Origin: Desulfatiglandales bacterium
GTDB taxonomy: Bacteria; Desulfobacterota; DSM-4660; Desulfatiglandales; Desulfatiglandaceae
Direction: 5' to 3'
DNA: 64,000 nt
Assembly: GCA_963662465.1 (NCBI GenBank)
Contig: OY759599.1
Span: forward strand, 4,832,001-4,896,000
Position numbers and translations under genes: made by a program. Under the pieces are notes generated by a model that was not told where the DNA came from, searched no databases, and worked only from the letters and a program-made list of their open reading frames with translations. Positions 60,976 through 64,000 of this stretch are shown one piece after another; position 1 is the first letter of the stretch, and every line of letters begins with the position of its first letter.

Positions 60976-61689
60976 ATGGCATCGGTAGAATGGACCATGG
61001 ATGGAGAAGTAGCGCTGGTCACCTTAAATGATGGCGAAAATCGTTTTAACCCGGATTTTCTTGAAGGCTTTTTAGGCGTGCTGGACCGGATTGAAATGGA
61101 AACAGACGCCAACGCGCTGGTGGTGACCTCGTCGCATGAAAAGATTTTTTCAAACGGGATTGATCTGGATTGGCTGCTTCCCCATATTCAGAAGGGGGAT
61201 CTGGAAACGGCAAAGGGTTTTTTTTATACCATGAATCGCCTTTTCAGGCGGCTCCTGCTCTATCCCATGCCCACGGTTTGCGCCATTTCCGGTCATGCCT
61301 TTGCCGGGGGCGCCATCATGAGTTGCGCTTTTGATTTTCGGTTCATGCGGTCTGACCGGGGGTTTTTCTGTTTTCCGGAGGTGGATTTAGGGATTCCATT
61401 TCTGCCCGGTATGATTGCATTGATCCTGAAAGCCATTCCCCAATACAAATTCGAGGAACTCCAGTACTCGGGTAAACGGGCCACGGCAGACGAGTGTGAA
61501 GCTCATCATATTATCAGGAAAGCCTGCCATATGGATGATTTGATGAATGAGGCTTTAGACTTTGCCAAGGGGCTCAATAAGCGGCGGGAGATCATTTCCG
61601 AAATGAAAAAGCGGATGTATCAACATATTGTTCATGCCTTTGATGTGGAAGACCCCCCGGTCATCGATTCCGGAAAGTTTAATGTTTGA
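60976..61689 (+). CDS. Enoyl-CoA hydratase/isomerase family (delta3-delta2 isomerase-like)
   Basis: FSNGIDL, GHAFAGG, PEVDLG. Confidence 0.88.
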   Translation: MASVEWTMDGEVALVTLNDGENRFNPDFLEGFLGVLDRIEMETDANALVVTSSHEKIFSNGIDLDWLLPHIQKGDLETAKGFFYTMNRLFRRLLLYPMPTVCAISGHAFAGGAIMSCAFDFRFMRSDRGFFCFPEVDLGIPFLPGMIALILKAIPQYKFEELQYSGKRATADECEAHHIIRKACHMDDLMNEALDFAKGLNKRREIISEMKKRMYQHIVHAFDVEDPPVIDSGKFNV

Positions 61690-61961
61690 TTTAAAACTCC
61701 AATCCGTTCAGTCGGGGATATCTGAAAATGTGGGGAAGACATTGCAACCAGGAGAACGCGAGCCACGAGGATTTCTGGGAATTTGTTGACAAGCCCTTGC
61801 TGAAGCTGCTCTGCCAAACCACTCCCTTTCATCATTTTTCCATTATATACCGTTGATTTAATTTCAATTTGTATTTGACTCGACTAAAATTGAATGGTAT
61901 TTTGCGGGTGAAATAATGAGGCGCTTTGACAAAAGCGTCAACGATGTTTCATGGGAGCAAA

Positions 61962-63347
61962 ATGAAAAGATCTATTATTAAAGTTTTGGGACTTGCTTCA
62001 CTGACTGTCTTTTTTCTGGTTTTTCACATTGACCTGGCAGAACCTTCCGAAAATGCTCATGAATCAAGGTTCTCAGACCTTTCCACTTTGACCGATTGCT
62101 TTTCAACAGACATATCAAAAGATTTGCACGGGAAAAAACTCTATTTTGACAATACCTGCGTCAGGGAAGTGGGCGCCCAAAAGATTTCCAACTTTTCATT
62201 ATACCTTCAAAACGAGCTGGAGTCTTCTTTCAGTAGCCATGGATTTATCATGGTTTATGAACCGTCGGATGCAGAATATCTCATTGGCGCCAACTACCAG
62301 AGATTGGAAGACAGGGTCCGGGTCTTTTTTAAATATCATCAAGCGGATCTTTCGGGCAAAAAGAGCAGGGTTTACGAAATTCTGAAATCAAGTCTTCCGA
62401 AAAATGCCTTTGAAGAATCCATCCAGACCAAAGCCTATGACCTTGCATCGGGTATTCTCAGCGGACAAAAGCCCTTGAGGGTTTACGTGAGGCCACTCTT
62501 GGAAGAACAGAGTCGGTATACAACGAATTTTTCAAACTCATTTACCTCCAGGATCAAGTGTGCAATGCTCAGACTTGGCAAAGGCACGCAGATCATCGAC
62601 GAAAAACCCATTTCTCAAGAAGCTTTCAGCGTTTCTTGCTCCGATGCCGATGCCGTTCTGGATGGCGTCTATTTCGACCGGGGCGAGGTCGTTTGCGTGA
62701 ATTTGTACCTGAGAGATCTTGAAGGCAAAATTCTGGCGTCTTCCATTGTAGATATCAGCAAGTCTCTCATTAAATCCAGTATGGAAAATAAGACGGTAAA
62801 AAAGTTGATTGACTTCCTGGATCCACCACCGAACTCGGGTGATTTCAATGTGAAAATCACCACCCCGAAAGGAAAGGATTACGCCATCTATTCAAGTGGA
62901 GAAAGAATTCGTTTTCAAATTCAAGTGGCAGATCCGCTTTATGTTTATCTCTATGCTATCAACTCCAAAGGAAATGTTTCGATTCTGTTTCCCCATGGGA
63001 AACAAGGGTCTCATCAGAAAATGGCTCCGGGAAAGCTTTATACCATTCCAGCAAAAAATAGTGACTTTGAAATTGAAGTGAAGCCCCCCTTCGGAATTGA
63101 AGCCGTGAAGGTTTTTGCATCCCGCCTCATAATATCGTTGCCGAATCTCGAAGAAAGCAAGGCCTCCCAAAGCTACAACGGGGCATGGCGGGTCGAGGGA
63201 GAAAAACGCCTGCAGGTGCAAAAAGCCCTTTCTCACATGAAAAGCATCAATCCCAAGGATCTTGTGGATTTTTTCAGAGGGACCGCAAACAGAATGAATT
63301 TTTCTTTGTATGAGGACAGCTTGTTGCTTGAAACTAGAGAAAAATAG
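61962..63347 (+). CDS. Exported DUF4384-domain protein
   Basis: N-terminal signal/TM; C-terminal YSSGE-IRF...YVYLY...ILFP...PPFGIE-VKVFAS. Confidence 0.7.
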   Translation: MKRSIIKVLGLASLTVFFLVFHIDLAEPSENAHESRFSDLSTLTDCFSTDISKDLHGKKLYFDNTCVREVGAQKISNFSLYLQNELESSFSSHGFIMVYEPSDAEYLIGANYQRLEDRVRVFFKYHQADLSGKKSRVYEILKSSLPKNAFEESIQTKAYDLASGILSGQKPLRVYVRPLLEEQSRYTTNFSNSFTSRIKCAMLRLGKGTQIIDEKPISQEAFSVSCSDADAVLDGVYFDRGEVVCVNLYLRDLEGKILASSIVDISKSLIKSSMENKTVKKLIDFLDPPPNSGDFNVKITTPKGKDYAIYSSGERIRFQIQVADPLYVYLYAINSKGNVSILFPHGKQGSHQKMAPGKLYTIPAKNSDFEIEVKPPFGIEAVKVFASRLIISLPNLEESKASQSYNGAWRVEGEKRLQVQKALSHMKSINPKDLVDFFRGTANRMNFSLYEDSLLLETREK

Positions 63348-63411
63348 CACTTTTTGTCGTGCAAATGGCTGTCTGATGGTACGGATCAACCCATTGAGAG
63401 AGGAGGGCCGA

Positions 63412-64000
63412 ATGCCGTTTCCATGTGTACATATTTTGCAGATGTTGGTTTTTCTCTTTTTCTTTTTTGCCGGGGTTCCGATTCATGCCGGTGAGCCTCG
63501 GAAAATACTGCTCACCGTTGCGGAAGGGGAACAGGGTAGAGATGCGGAGAGCCTTCTGGCCAAGGACTTTATTGGGTCTGGTTTTCAAGTGGTTTTACCT
63601 GAGCATATGACGCCGTCAAAATGGATCACTGCTCGGGACCTGTCCGAAGCAACTAAAGGAAAGGTCTGTAAGCTCCGAAAAGCAGCTGCCTTTTCGGGTG
63701 CGGGACTGATATTTGAAGGACGAATCAGGACAACCTTCAACTCCGAGGAATTGCTCGGAATGAAGATGGAGAAAGCCGTAACAACCATAACCTATAAGCT
63801 TCTGTCTACGGCTTCCGGGAAAATCCTGAAAACTGACTGTAAAACCTTTCGCGAAGTCAACCGATCCTCGGATGAAGCCAGGCAAGGCGCACTGGAAAAG
63901 ATGCGGACCGAGATCACAGAAACGCTGATCCGTAAAATTCCCATTGAGCTGACCTCGTGTCATGAAAAAGCGATTGAGGAATACAGAAAGTCACTTGAAA
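63412..64000 (+). CDS. Exported protein, 3' end outside the window (absent from the ORF track)
   Basis: AGGAGG RBS at 63401; MPFPCVHILQMLVFLFFFFAGVPIHA-GEPRK... open to the window end. Confidence 0.75.
   Translation, partial: MPFPCVHILQMLVFLFFFFAGVPIHAGEPRKILLTVAEGEQGRDAESLLAKDFIGSGFQVVLPEHMTPSKWITARDLSEATKGKVCKLRKAAAFSGAGLIFEGRIRTTFNSEELLGMKMEKAVTTITYKLLSTASGKILKTDCKTFREVNRSSDEARQGALEKMRTEITETLIRKIPIELTSCHEKAIEEYRKSLE

Overview
Gene-dense 64 kb chromosomal segment. Gene content suggests an anaerobic Desulfobacterota (deltaproteobacterial) genome (inference). It holds about 55 CDS: housekeeping genes (rnc, era, priA, moaA, a stand-alone EF-G paralog, nrdJ, purD, purA, mnmG, fabH), envelope genes (pqiA/pqiA/MCE, exeA/exeB-like, LTA-synthase-family), an acetate/propionate uptake and activation cluster (acs, prpE-like, DUF4212, solute symporter) flanked by two DUF294 nucleotidyltransferase-like genes, two toxin-antitoxin loci and several signalling genes. 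No rRNA, tRNA, CRISPR array or intact transposase was recognised. Best candidates for undescribed biology: (1) an unannotated ~71-nt sigma54-dependent small RNA just downstream of a kinase/NtrC-type activator pair, with enhancer palindrome, IHF-like site, -24/-12 promoter, anti-Shine-Dalgarno seed and terminator; (2) a possible post-translational control module around acs, with a CoA-transferase-GNAT fusion lacking the catalytic Glu, an intact plus a degenerate DUF294 paralog and a DEDDh exonuclease; (3) a protein between purA and mnmG that joins a primase-type Fe-S-like helical domain to a recombinase-type DNA-binding motif. All family calls come from motif recognition by eye; no database search was run.
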